NCBI GenBank assembly: GCA_930990555.1 | Contig: CAKNPW010000004.1 | Span: forward strand, 14,570 to 78,569 | Source of the DNA: an uncultured Clostridium sp. | GTDB taxonomy: Bacteria > Bacillota > Clostridia > TANB77 > CAG-508 | DNA: 64,000 nucleotides | Reading direction: 5' to 3' | Part shown: positions 8,640-16,163 of the stretch, one piece after another | Layout: the number at the start of each line of letters is the position of its first letter | How positions within the stretch are numbered: position 1 is the first letter of the stretch | Notes under the pieces: generated by a model | Seen by the model: only the letters and a program-made list of their open reading frames with translations | Told to the model about the DNA's origin: nothing | Database searches by the model: none | Program-made: the position numbers and the translations under genes

Positions 8640-10298
8640 TTACAATTCTTTTTTCGCATGTTCAAATCTTTCTTTTATTCTATCTTTTCCCATTATTTCC
8701 ATTATTTCATACATATCTGGTGTATTTGATCTTCCAGTTAAAGCTATTCTTAGCACTGTACTTACATCTCCAACATGTGCTTCGTATTTATCTGGATTTG
8801 CTTTAAACTCTTTTACTTCGCTTGCATATCCTAATTTTCCTGCTAATTCTTTTATTTTGTTAAACCATTCTTGTTTATCATCATTTTCATCAAAATAATT
8901 ATTTATATATTCATCTAATATTGTTTTTATTTTATCACTATCTGAAATTTTTTGGTATTCATAATTTACATTTTGTGCATAAAATTTTTCATCATACATA
9001 TATGAAATTTCATTTTTTACATCTGACCATTTAGCAATATCTTTACGAGGTTTCTTAGTTCCTCTTTCTATTCCAAATATTTTTAAAGCATATTCTTTAT
9101 CTGCTTTTAGCATTTCTGCTAATTCTGCATCATATTTTTCTGCCCATTTTAATGATTCATTATATACTTTTTCTGTATCAAATCTAGAAATAACTGATTT
9201 TGAAACATCAAGTAATTTAACCATATCAAATAGAGCTCCACTTACACTCATTTTATTTAATTGTAATTCGAAATGTTCCATATCTTCTGTTGGATTTTGT
9301 CTTCTCCAATTTTCGAAATTTGAATTTGCAATATTTAATAAATATTCTTTTACAGCTTCTGCTGGTATACCTTGTTCTGCATAATAGCTTACTGCCGCTT
9401 CTGGATCTTTTCTTTTACTTAGTTTTCTCTTGTTTCCATTATCATTTTTCATAATTGGTGAAATGTGAACATATTTTGGTGCTTTAAATCCAATTTCTTG
9501 GAATAATTGTAAATGTAATGGAACAGATGAAAGCCATTCATCACTTCTAATTACATGTGTTGTTCCCATTAAGTGGTCATCTACAATATGTGCAAAATGA
9601 TATGTAGGAAGACCATCAGCTTTAATAATTACTATATCTTGATCATTTTCTGGAAAAGTAACATTTCCTTTTATTACATCATGATGTTTTATCTTTCTAT
9701 CTTCTCTTCCTGGTGATTTAAATCTAATAATATATTTTTCTCCTGCTTTTATTTTTTCTGCCATTTCTTCTATGCTTAAATTTCTGCATTTTGCCCACAC
9801 ACCATAATAACCTGGTCTTACTTTTGCAGCTTCTTGTTTTTTTCTTATTTCGTCAACTTCTTCAGCAGAACAGAAACATGGATATGCTTTTCCCATTTCT
9901 ATCATGTATTTAGCATATGATCTATAAATATCTCCTCTTAAAGATTGTTTATATGGACCATAATTACCTTTTTCTTCTGTTTCATTTATCATTCCTTCGT
10001 CTTCTTCTATACCAAAATCTTTTAAAGAATTAACGATATCTGTAATACCATTTTCTACTTCTCTTTTTTGATCTGTATCTTCTATTCTTAAGAAAAATAC
10101 TCCTTCTGTTTGCGTTGCAACTTTTCTTGCAACTAAAGCTTGGTATAGTCCGCCAATATGTACAAATCCTGTTGGACTTGGTGCAAATCTACTAACTATA
10201 GCACCTTCTTTTAGATTTCTTCTTGGATATTTTTCTTCATAATATTCTATTGGTTTTACATCTGGAAATATTAAGTTTGCTAAATCTTTATAGTCCAT
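8640..10298 (-). CDS. gltX: Glutamate--tRNA ligase (class I GlxRS)
   Basis: 552-aa ORF. HIGH motif (PSPTGFVHIGG), KMSKS motif (KLSKRK), RIEDTD motif. Confidence 0.8.
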   Translation of the reverse strand: MDYKDLANLIFPDVKPIEYYEEKYPRRNLKEGAIVSRFAPSPTGFVHIGGLYQALVARKVATQTEGVFFLRIEDTDQKREVENGITDIVNSLKDFGIEEDEGMINETEEKGNYGPYKQSLRGDIYRSYAKYMIEMGKAYPCFCSAEEVDEIRKKQEAAKVRPGYYGVWAKCRNLSIEEMAEKIKAGEKYIIRFKSPGREDRKIKHHDVIKGNVTFPENDQDIVIIKADGLPTYHFAHIVDDHLMGTTHVIRSDEWLSSVPLHLQLFQEIGFKAPKYVHISPIMKNDNGNKRKLSKRKDPEAAVSYYAEQGIPAEAVKEYLLNIANSNFENWRRQNPTEDMEHFELQLNKMSVSGALFDMVKLLDVSKSVISRFDTEKVYNESLKWAEKYDAELAEMLKADKEYALKIFGIERGTKKPRKDIAKWSDVKNEISYMYDEKFYAQNVNYEYQKISDSDKIKTILDEYINNYFDENDDKQEWFNKIKELAGKLGYASEVKEFKANPDKYEAHVGDVSTVLRIALTGRSNTPDMYEIMEIMGKDRIKERFEHAKKEL

Positions 10299-10316
10299 TA
10301 ATTCTCTCTCCTTTAT

Positions 10317-10344
10317 CGGGATTTTGGGACGTTCCTATAATCCC
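10317..10344. repeat. Type-A element in the gltX 5' leader
   Basis: CGGGATTTTGGGACGTTCCTATAATCCC, ending 18 nt upstream of the gltX start codon. Confidence 0.7.
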
Positions 10345-10369
10345 TTTTTAATTTTAATATTTAAATTAT

Positions 10370-10404
10370 TTTTGAACTTTTAGCTCCGTCCCTAAAGTTC
10401 AAAA
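10370..10404. repeat. Type-B hairpin element in the gltX 5' leader
   Basis: TTTTGAACTTT-TAGCTCCGTCCCT-AAAGTTCAAAA, an 11-bp perfect stem. Confidence 0.7.
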
Positions 10405-10412
10405 TCTTTTTT

Positions 10413-10441
10413 ATTATACAATATAATTGCCTTTATATCAA
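10413..10441 (-). promoter_or_regulatory. gltX promoter (TTGATA-17-TATAAT)
   Basis: -35 at 10436-10441, -10 at 10413-10418. Predicts a leader of about 110 nt containing both repeat types. Confidence 0.55.
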
Positions 10442-10461
10442 GAGCCAAACTTTGTTTTTTG

Positions 10462-10490
10462 TTGACATAAACGTGCTTCTGCTATATAAT
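10462..10490 (+). promoter_or_regulatory. Promoter of the 77-aa ORF (TTGACA-17-TATAAT)
   Basis: Consensus hexamers at 10462-10467 and 10485-10490. Confidence 0.6.
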
Positions 10491-10589
10491 TTTATATGTA
10501 ACTTTATTGATGGAACATGAATTGCAGAAGCTAATTTCTGTAATTATATATGTTCTTGTCTCAAGCCAAATGGCAGGAGGATTTATTTT

Positions 10590-10823
10590 ATGCTAAAATT
10601 ATCTGGAATTCAATTTAAAAATTCCGAAACAGGAGAATTTATTACAATTTCTCTTGAAACTGGGAGAGTAACAGTAGATTCTGGGCGTGAACCTACTTCT
10701 GAAGAATTTGTTGATGCAAGTTTTCGTGGTGGAATCGTTTTTGGCGGAGGCATTCCTCGTTTGTTGGAAATGTTTCCGGATGCTGTTGTTACACCAGTAA
10801 CTGAAAAAACTAAAAAGGAATAA
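10590..10823 (+). CDS. Hypothetical 77-aa protein in a higher-GC islet
   Basis: ORF with GGAGG RBS 9 nt upstream, its own consensus promoter and a strong downstream hairpin. About 36% GC by hand count versus under 30% in the flanks. No family recognised. Confidence 0.55.
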   Translation: MLKLSGIQFKNSETGEFITISLETGRVTVDSGREPTSEEFVDASFRGGIVFGGGIPRLLEMFPDAVVTPVTEKTKKE

Positions 10824-10858
10824 TTTTTATATTTTTAGTTTTATGGAAAATTTGATAA

Positions 10859-10894
10859 TGAGGATGAGATGTTTCGCTACATCTCATCCTCATT
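10859..10894 (+). terminator. Hairpin terminator after the 77-aa ORF
   Basis: 15-bp perfect stem ATGAGGATGAGATGT / ACATCTCATCCTCAT with a 6-nt loop. The trailing U-tract is weak. Confidence 0.5.
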
Positions 10895-11043
10895 AATATT
10901 ATATAGTTTAGAAATCTAGAGAATTTTGCACTTTCTTCCTATTACTTGGAGCTCGTTTTTCCGAATGGCCTTAGCACAAACAGAGGGTCATCTGCCCATC
11001 TTTCTTTTATTCTTTTGCAAATCGCATGTTTACTTAGTTTGAT

Positions 11044-11072
11044 TTGCGAAAAAAACTGAAATGTAGTATAAT
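11044..11072 (+). promoter_or_regulatory. Promoter of the 59-aa ORF (TTGCGA-17-TATAAT)
   Basis: Hexamers at 11044-11049 and 11067-11072. Confidence 0.5.
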
Positions 11073-11125
11073 TAAAAGTGATAGTTATTGAAAAAAGAGA
11101 TGCCAGTATTTGGCAGAAGGAGGAC

Positions 11126-11305
11126 ACTATGGAAATTAAAAACGTGACTATAATTTGGAATGGAACATTGAGAAAATTCGAAAATGTAACAGATATTGAA
11201 ATAGGTAGAGGATTCATATTTTTCACAGATGGAAAAATACGTCGATACTTTTCTGACGTTTCCTACGAAATCGAGTCTTACTATCCTGGTGATCCAGGTG
11301 AATAA
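11126..11305 (+). CDS. Hypothetical 59-aa protein
   Basis: Start chosen at MEIKNVTIIW because AAGGAGGA lies 4 nt upstream (the track ORF begins earlier, at 11078). Followed by a terminator. No family recognised. Confidence 0.5.
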   Translation, partial: TMEIKNVTIIWNGTLRKFENVTDIEIGRGFIFFTDGKIRRYFSDVSYEIESYYPGDPGE

Positions 11306-11310
11306 ACCAA

Positions 11311-11346
11311 AAGGAGTCCAAGCACTTGCTTGGCTCCTTTTTTGCA
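11311..11346 (+). terminator. Rho-independent terminator after the 59-aa ORF
   Basis: Stem AAGGAG(T)CCAAGCA / TGCTTGGCTCCTT followed by TTTTTTG. Confidence 0.6.
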
Positions 11347-11431
11347 GTATGTTCAATAGGTCTCCAAAATGTAATAAATACAAAATACCAAGCCATTAAA
11401 AGCTTGATAATAATGCATAAGCACATAAATA

Positions 11432-11460
11432 GGGATTTTAAGGAACGTCCCCATAATCCC
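11432..11460. repeat. Type-A element; would be the terminator hairpin of rnj in the phage-free chromosome
   Basis: GGGATTTTAAGGAACGTCCCCATAATCCC, located 18 nt from the att repeat that carries the displaced rnj 3' end. Confidence 0.65.
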
Positions 11461-11477
11461 TATTAGGCTTTTATTAT

Positions 11478-11502
11478 ACTTCCATGATAATTGGTAAAAT
11501 CA
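11478..11502. repeat. att repeat at the lysis-module end (ACTTCCATGATAATTGGTAAAATCA)
   Basis: Matches 49639-49663 at 23 of 25 positions. The reverse complement encodes ...LILPIIMEV*, a displaced copy of the rnj C-terminus. Confidence 0.8.
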
Positions 11503-11582
11503 ATTTATCGTTTTTCATTAATCTCACGTATTTATTGAAACTTCTCATTTTCGTTGATTTATCAATGTTTTCTCAAGTTTTA

Positions 11583-11609
11583 AAAACTCAATGCGACTTA
11601 TTGAGTTTT
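11583..11609 (+). terminator. Hairpin at the prophage edge (terminator-like)
   Basis: 10-bp perfect stem AAAACTCAAT / ATTGAGTTTT followed by a T-rich stretch. Function uncertain. Confidence 0.35.
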
Positions 11610-11613
11610 ATTT

Positions 11614-11638
11614 GGTTAATAACATGTTAATAACAAAT
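11614..11638. promoter_or_regulatory. Putative arm-type integrase binding site (tandem GTTAATAAC)
   Basis: GGTTAATAACATGTTAATAACAAAT matches 49567-49591 at 23 of 25 positions, in the same orientation. Confidence 0.5.
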
Positions 11639-11914
11639 TATAAAATCGCATTAAACAACTTCACTCTTATTTTATGGTATATTTTAATAAAAGTTTTTCT
11701 AAATATATGTATAAATATTTTTTCAAAAAATTAAAAAATATTCAAAAAAAAGTGCTTTCCTATCTAGCACATAGAAAAGCACAAAACACTAGAAAAAAAG
11801 AAGTTAAAGCGATGTTTGATATGCTAAACAATCTTTAATCTAGGCAAGAGAGGAGCAATCCTCTCTGCATATTAATTATAATATATTTTATTTTAAAATT
11901 CAAGGAGTTTAAAT

Positions 11915-12109
11915 ATGAAAGATAAATATGCCAATCAAAAAAAATATATGAAAGAAAATTTAGTAAAATTAGGTATTGATGTAAAACCAGAAATTAGAGA
12001 AGAGTTTAGAAAATGTTGTGAATTAAATAATACTTTGCCTTCACGTGTTCTTAAAGAATTTGTAAATAAATATATAGAAGAAACGCAAAAAAGAGGCAAT
12101 AGAAATTAA
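11915..12109 (+). CDS. Small ribbon-helix-helix-like protein (64 aa), antisense to the late genes
   Basis: AAGGAG RBS. Predicted beta-strand then two helices (VKLGIDVKPEIREEFRKCCELNNTLPSRVLKEFVNKYIEE), typical of CopG/Arc-type RHH folds. Fold call by eye only. Confidence 0.5.
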   Translation: MKDKYANQKKYMKENLVKLGIDVKPEIREEFRKCCELNNTLPSRVLKEFVNKYIEETQKRGNRN

Positions 12110-12122
12110 TCTACTGCCTCTT
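12091..12122. terminator. Bidirectional-looking hairpin between the RHH gene and the endolysin gene
   Basis: Stem AAGAGGCA / TGCCTCTT, then a T-run on the plus strand. Confidence 0.4.
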
Positions 12123-12146
12123 CTCTATTTTTTTCTTAATATTAAA

Positions 12147-12821
12147 TTATTTAAGATATGTAGAGCCTTGATATTTTGCTGCAATCCAGCCGCTAGGTAT
12201 TCTAACCCAAATATCTCCATTTAAGTTTTTAACTTCTTGAACTGTTACTCTAGTTCTTTCTTTTAAAGTTGCATTTTCTTGATTTAATGCATTCTTTTGT
12301 CCATCTGCTGTTAATTCGCTTCTTAATTTACGTCTTGCATCTGTTCCAGCTCCGTCTCTTACTTTTACATTAGTAGTTAATGTATATGTAGTTCCAACTT
12401 TGTAGTCTCCTGTATTTAAGCCTAAAGCTTCATGATTTTTTGGTCTTAAAACACAAACATATCCAGAAAAAGGTGTATCTCTGTAACCAACAGCTAATTT
12501 TTTTACACCATTTTGGTCATACCATTTTCCATTTACATCTATTAAGCCTATATGTCCATATCCTCCACCATAATTTGAGCCATATACTAATACATCTCCT
12601 GGTTGAGGTTTTGTATTATTAGCTAATTTAGTAAAATAATCTTTTGGATAATTTGTAGCCCAGTCTTTTGCGTTTCCATATGCTTTAAATGTTTTTCCAA
12701 ATACTTTATATAAGTATTGCTGTATTAAAGAAACACATTGCCCTTTATACTTATTGTTTGGTTCTGGATTAGCTACGCTTCCTTGTGCTAGTCCCCAGCT
12801 TCCAAAATCTGCCAAATTCAT
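12147..12821 (-). CDS. Endolysin: N-terminal CHAP peptidase domain plus C-terminal SH3b-like cell-wall binding domain
   Basis: 224-aa ORF. CHAP Cys (GQCVSLIQQY) and His (GYGHIGLI) motifs. C-terminal SH3-like region. Directly downstream of the holin. Confidence 0.8.
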   Translation of the reverse strand: MNLADFGSWGLAQGSVANPEPNNKYKGQCVSLIQQYLYKVFGKTFKAYGNAKDWATNYPKDYFTKLANNTKPQPGDVLVYGSNYGGGYGHIGLIDVNGKWYDQNGVKKLAVGYRDTPFSGYVCVLRPKNHEALGLNTGDYKVGTTYTLTTNVKVRDGAGTDARRKLRSELTADGQKNALNQENATLKERTRVTVQEVKNLNGDIWVRIPSGWIAAKYQGSTYLK

Positions 12822-12824
12822 ATG

Positions 12825-13076
12825 CTATTCCTCCTTTTGTCCAATTTTCTTTAAATCTGCTATACCTCCAGCAGACATAGTTCCAAAAATACAAGTAACT
12901 ATTGTTTCTAACACGCTCATGTCTTGTACGTGGAAACAAATACATACAATACTTGCTACTATTGCAATTATTATGTTTTGTAAAGGTATCCACTTATTGT
13001 CTATACTTGTTAATTTAGTTATTTGTCCTGCTACTAATGTTAATGCTGTTATTATTAATGCTACTGTTATTTCCAT
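12825..13076 (-). CDS. Holin
   Basis: 83-aa ORF, hydrophobic helices, charged C-terminus (DLKKIGQKEE). Immediately upstream of the endolysin. Confidence 0.75.
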   Translation of the reverse strand: MEITVALIITALTLVAGQITKLTSIDNKWIPLQNIIIAIVASIVCICFHVQDMSVLETIVTCIFGTMSAGGIADLKKIGQKEE

Positions 13077-13083
13077 ACTTTTT

Positions 13084-13323
13084 TCACTTCCTTTCTTCTA
13101 ATAATTTATCTATTTTGTTATCTGTTTTTTCCATCTGTTGTTTCAATAAATCTAAAGAAACAGACGTATTTTCATTTGTTTTCTTTATTTCTTCTAAGCA
13201 TTGTGCATTTTGTTCTATTGTATCTGCAATTTTCTTCTTGTTAGAAATCCAATCCCATATGAACAACCCTACGATAATTGCTGAAACAGTATAATTTCCA
13301 ACTATATTAAGAATTTCTTCCAT
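13084..13323 (-). CDS. Small membrane/coiled-coil protein of the lysis cassette
   Basis: 79 aa, N-terminal TM helix then a coiled-coil tail. Position upstream of the holin. Confidence 0.55.
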   Translation of the reverse strand: MEEILNIVGNYTVSAIIVGLFIWDWISNKKKIADTIEQNAQCLEEIKKTNENTSVSLDLLKQQMEKTDNKIDKLLEERK

Positions 13324-13516
13324 CTTTTTGCACCTCGTTAACTTTTTCTTCTATTTGTAAAATTCGGTTTTCAACTTGTAACCACCTATCGTTTCCACTT
13401 TCTTTTCTTCTATTGTAATCAATTTCTTGCCTTACACTAACAAACAAATTTCCAAGCAATAATATAAAAACTATAATTGCTAAAGTTATAATTATTTTTA
13501 TATTTTTACTATTCAT
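13307..13516 (-). CDS. Small membrane/coiled-coil protein of the lysis cassette
   Basis: 69 aa, N-terminal TM helix then a charged helix. Overlaps the next ORF by 17 nt. Confidence 0.5.
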   Translation of the reverse strand: MNSKNIKIIITLAIIVFILLLGNLFVSVRQEIDYNRRKESGNDRWLQVENRILQIEEKVNEVQKDGRNS

Positions 13517-13604
13517 ATCTTTCTCCTATATAAATAAATTAAAGAACATTAACAGCATTAAGCTTATTAATGTTCTTTTTATAATTCTAAATATTTTCAT
13601 ATTT

Positions 13605-14414
13605 CTATTCCTCTACAAATAAATACGGATAAATTATACTCGTTTTATCAACATACGTTACTATAAAATCACTTTCATTTGCATTTTCATCTGGTTTAAT
13701 ATATATTTGTTTCCAATTTTGATTTATTTGTGTTTTATTTTTACTAAAGAAAGTTATAGAACTAATAAAATAGTCATTTTGTGTTTTTCCGAATGTTGCT
13801 AATTTTCCATTGCAATTAACAAAATTATCTTCCAAATCAAACTGTACATTTATTGCAAAAGCTTTACAATTTAACATATCTCCATACTCTTCTTTTTCAA
13901 TTGATATATCGTTTGGGATATCTACATATAGTATTTTATTGAATAAGTTATCTCCCTTTTCAATATTACGTTTATTTATTTTTTGTATAATAACAGCACT
14001 TCCATCGGTTGTTTGAGTTACTGTTTCTCCAACATTTCCATCTAAATCTGCGTATCCATATATTTTAAATTCTATATTTCCATCTTGCATGTCTTCTGTA
14101 ATCTTTATCTCTCCTGCATATGTCGTCGAAGTATCCGCATTAACGTTTATAAAAACCCTAGCTTGTACTCCTGCTATTGTCATTTCTGGTGCTTTACCAA
14201 TTTTATTTGATGGTAAATTCACTCTAGCATATACCCATATAGTATCTCCAACTTTTGCAGGGTCATTTTGTGGTCTTGAATTATTTTGAATACGTACAAA
14301 AGTTAAAGTTGGTGGCTCTGCTTTTCTGTATACAATTTTATTATTTATTTTTGCTTCTACTACTGTTCTGCCATTAATTCGCATATCTTTTATTCTAATT
14401 TGAGATGCCATCAT
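13605..14414 (-). CDS. Tail-fibre / putative receptor-binding protein, paralog C
   Basis: Start set at ATG 14414 (AGAGG 5 nt upstream). N-terminus IRIKDMRINGRTVVEAKINNKIVYRK is shared with paralogs at 14507..15109 and 16498..17247. Ig-like motifs AKVGDTIWV and FKIYGYADLDGNVG are shared with 16498..17247. Confidence 0.65.
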   Translation of the reverse strand: MMASQIRIKDMRINGRTVVEAKINNKIVYRKAEPPTLTFVRIQNNSRPQNDPAKVGDTIWVYARVNLPSNKIGKAPEMTIAGVQARVFINVNADTSTTYAGEIKITEDMQDGNIEFKIYGYADLDGNVGETVTQTTDGSAVIIQKINKRNIEKGDNLFNKILYVDIPNDISIEKEEYGDMLNCKAFAINVQFDLEDNFVNCNGKLATFGKTQNDYFISSITFFSKNKTQINQNWKQIYIKPDENANESDFIVTYVDKTSIIYPYLFVEE

Positions 14415-14435
14415 AGACACCTCTTTTCTCTAGAA

Positions 14436-14495
14436 CTAGATGTGTGTGTGTGTGTGTGTGTGTACAGCGCCAAGGCTTACATGACTTGCTATCAT
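14436..14495 (-). CDS. 19-codon upstream ORF reading through the dinucleotide repeat (MIASHVSLGAVHTHTHTHI)
   Basis: AAGGAG, then 7 nt, then ATG at 14495. (CA)11 encodes (HT)n. Stops at TAG 14438-14436. Whether it is translated is unknown. Confidence 0.3.
   Translation of the reverse strand: MIASHVSLGAVHTHTHTHI
14441..14462. repeat. (TG)11 dinucleotide microsatellite
   Basis: 22 bp of perfect TG repeats read directly from the sequence. Lies in the 92-bp gap between tail-fibre paralogs B and C. Confidence 0.95.
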
Positions 14496-14506
14496 ATTTT
14501 TTCTCC

Positions 14507-15109
14507 TTATTTTTTGTATTCTATTTTATCTGCAAAAAAACCGATTTTATTAAATAAGTCTTCGATTTCATGATCTTCCATGGTTCTAGCTAATTCAGTT
14601 ACATCAACCAGCATAGGCTCTTTCATATAACCTTTGCCGTTTTTATCAGAAAAACTAGCAACCATGTTGTAGAACAATCTGTATTGTGTTGTTATATCTC
14701 TAAAAATATGTGCTATAGTTATTTCGTTAGGACCATTTTGTCCAAAACTATCAGTTAAATTCGGTGAATTTAATTGCTGTTGCCATTGATAAAAAACATC
14801 TTCGCTACCTTTAAAAGTAACTCTTCCATAGTAACTATGACCTTCTATTAGTTCTTTTGTAAATTGAACAATCATAGAAGTTCTAGTGTTGCTCATATCC
14901 ATCTTGATCCATGAAACGTATCCATCTTCAATTTCATCTTGTACAACCATATTTACAAATTTCTTAAAACCTTCTGTTCCAAATCTAAAATCAGCATTAT
15001 AAATAATGTTTTCTAAAATCAAAGGTTTATTTTTTTTGTAAACAATTCGATTATTTAATTTAGCTTCTTCTATTTCTTTATTATTTACTTTCATATCTTT
15101 AACTTTCAC
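14507..15109 (-). CDS. Tail-fibre-associated protein, paralog B
   Basis: 200-aa ORF, GTG start with GGTGGAAG RBS. N-terminus MKVKDMKVNNKEIEEAKLNNRIVYKK is shared with paralogs A and C; the C-terminal domain is unrelated. Confidence 0.6.
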   Translation of the reverse strand: MKVKDMKVNNKEIEEAKLNNRIVYKKNKPLILENIIYNADFRFGTEGFKKFVNMVVQDEIEDGYVSWIKMDMSNTRTSMIVQFTKELIEGHSYYGRVTFKGSEDVFYQWQQQLNSPNLTDSFGQNGPNEITIAHIFRDITTQYRLFYNMVASFSDKNGKGYMKEPMLVDVTELARTMEDHEIEDLFNKIGFFADKIEYKK

Positions 15110-15270
15110 TATTCTTCCACCTTTAAATATAAGACACCTGTTTCTTCTATTTCTGGATATTCTGTAACTATTTTTATTTCTCGTATCTCTGTTGCTAAAA
15201 CCACTCGCTGTTTTAGTTTTCCATCATAATGTGCTAATCCATTTTTATCTAAAAAATCGTTTTCTGCCAT
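15109..15270 (-). CDS. Small tail-fibre-region protein (53 aa, not in the ORF track)
   Basis: GGAG RBS, then ATG at 15270. MAENDFLDKNGLAHYDGKLKQ resembles the N-terminus of 15282..15908 (MAFLDKEGLLYLWQKI). The stop overlaps the next start (TAGTG). Confidence 0.45.
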   Translation of the reverse strand: MAENDFLDKNGLAHYDGKLKQRVVLATEIREIKIVTEYPEIEETGVLYLKVEE

Positions 15271-15281
15271 TTTATCAACTC

Positions 15282-15908
15282 CTAGCTAGCAACAATTTTG
15301 TCTATTTCTGAATTTTCAATCGGTTTAAGCTCTTCTTTTGAATAATATCCACTCAAATCAACATCTGCTCCTAAATCATCCCATGCTGTTCCATTCCAAG
15401 CAACATTCATACCTGTATCTTGCAAGTTATATGTGTCGCCTATTTCGGCAGAAGCAGGCAATGCTTCTTTATTAGCTACTGTTCCTTTGTATCTATAAAC
15501 AGTTGACACCTTGTTATTGACATATTCTTCTGTTGCTAATCCTTCTTTAGCTTTATTTATTGCTTGCTGTACATCTCCAGAAGTTTGATATCCTGAATCG
15601 TTTGTAAATTGAGATACATTTGTTGGTTTATTCTTAACATTTTCCCAGTCTACACTATCTGCTTCTCCACCACCTGTAGCATTTAGTGTTCCGTCTGGCT
15701 CTACTTCTAGACCAGTTCCTGGTTTAACACCTCCAATAGTTGATGAAGTCGCTGCTGGCAATGTGTAATTATTTAAACTTTTTAATTTTTCTTCATATGC
15801 ACTAGTAAAGTTTTTATCACTTAATACTTTATTTCCATCTTTTTTTACAAAAAGGCTAGTAATTTTTTGCCATAAATACAATAATCCTTCTTTATCTAAA
15901 AACGCCAT
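15282..15908 (-). CDS. Tail fibre protein
   Basis: 208 aa. Motif DWENVKNKPTNVSQFTNDSGY is typical of phage fibre proteins. Position in the distal tail module. Confidence 0.65.
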   Translation of the reverse strand: MAFLDKEGLLYLWQKITSLFVKKDGNKVLSDKNFTSAYEEKLKSLNNYTLPAATSSTIGGVKPGTGLEVEPDGTLNATGGGEADSVDWENVKNKPTNVSQFTNDSGYQTSGDVQQAINKAKEGLATEEYVNNKVSTVYRYKGTVANKEALPASAEIGDTYNLQDTGMNVAWNGTAWDDLGADVDLSGYYSKEELKPIENSEIDKIVAS

Positions 15909-15920
15909 ATATTTTTCCTC

Positions 15921-16163
15921 CTATATAAAATTTTTAATCATTTCTTCTATTTCAGAATTTTTAATTTTTTCCATTTTCCCTTGTAGACCTAATTGTTCAC
16001 TAGTTTTATTATCTTTTAATTCAATATTATTTATTTTAGGCTTATTCTCTAAATTATTATAATTGGTAGTGCTACCGATATTTTCTATTCCATAACCTAA
16101 TTTACCTGTTATGTTCACTTTGGATTTAATTGTCGCATGTAAAGAGCATCTTTCATCACACAT
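15921..16163 (-). CDS. Tail-fibre-region protein
   Basis: 80 aa. NYNNLENKPKINNIELKDNKTSEQLGL fibre-type motif. Confidence 0.55.
   Translation of the reverse strand: MCDERCSLHATIKSKVNITGKLGYGIENIGSTTNYNNLENKPKINNIELKDNKTSEQLGLQGKMEKIKNSEIEEMIKNFI

Noticed and set aside
10299-10412. Possible T-box riboswitch in the gltX leader.
   Set aside because: The leader is only about 110 nt and is filled by the two repeat hairpins. I could not find a T-box consensus (AGGGUGGNACCGCG-like) or a specifier-loop architecture.
10942-11426. Three overlapping minus-strand ORFs (10942..11226, 11072..11383, 11223..11426).
   Set aside because: They overlap each other and the better-supported plus-strand 59-aa gene with its promoter and terminator. 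Only the last ~28 codons of 10942..11226 (ICKRIKERWADDPLFVLRPFGKTSSK) look protein-like. That may be a gene remnant, but it has no start codon or RBS.
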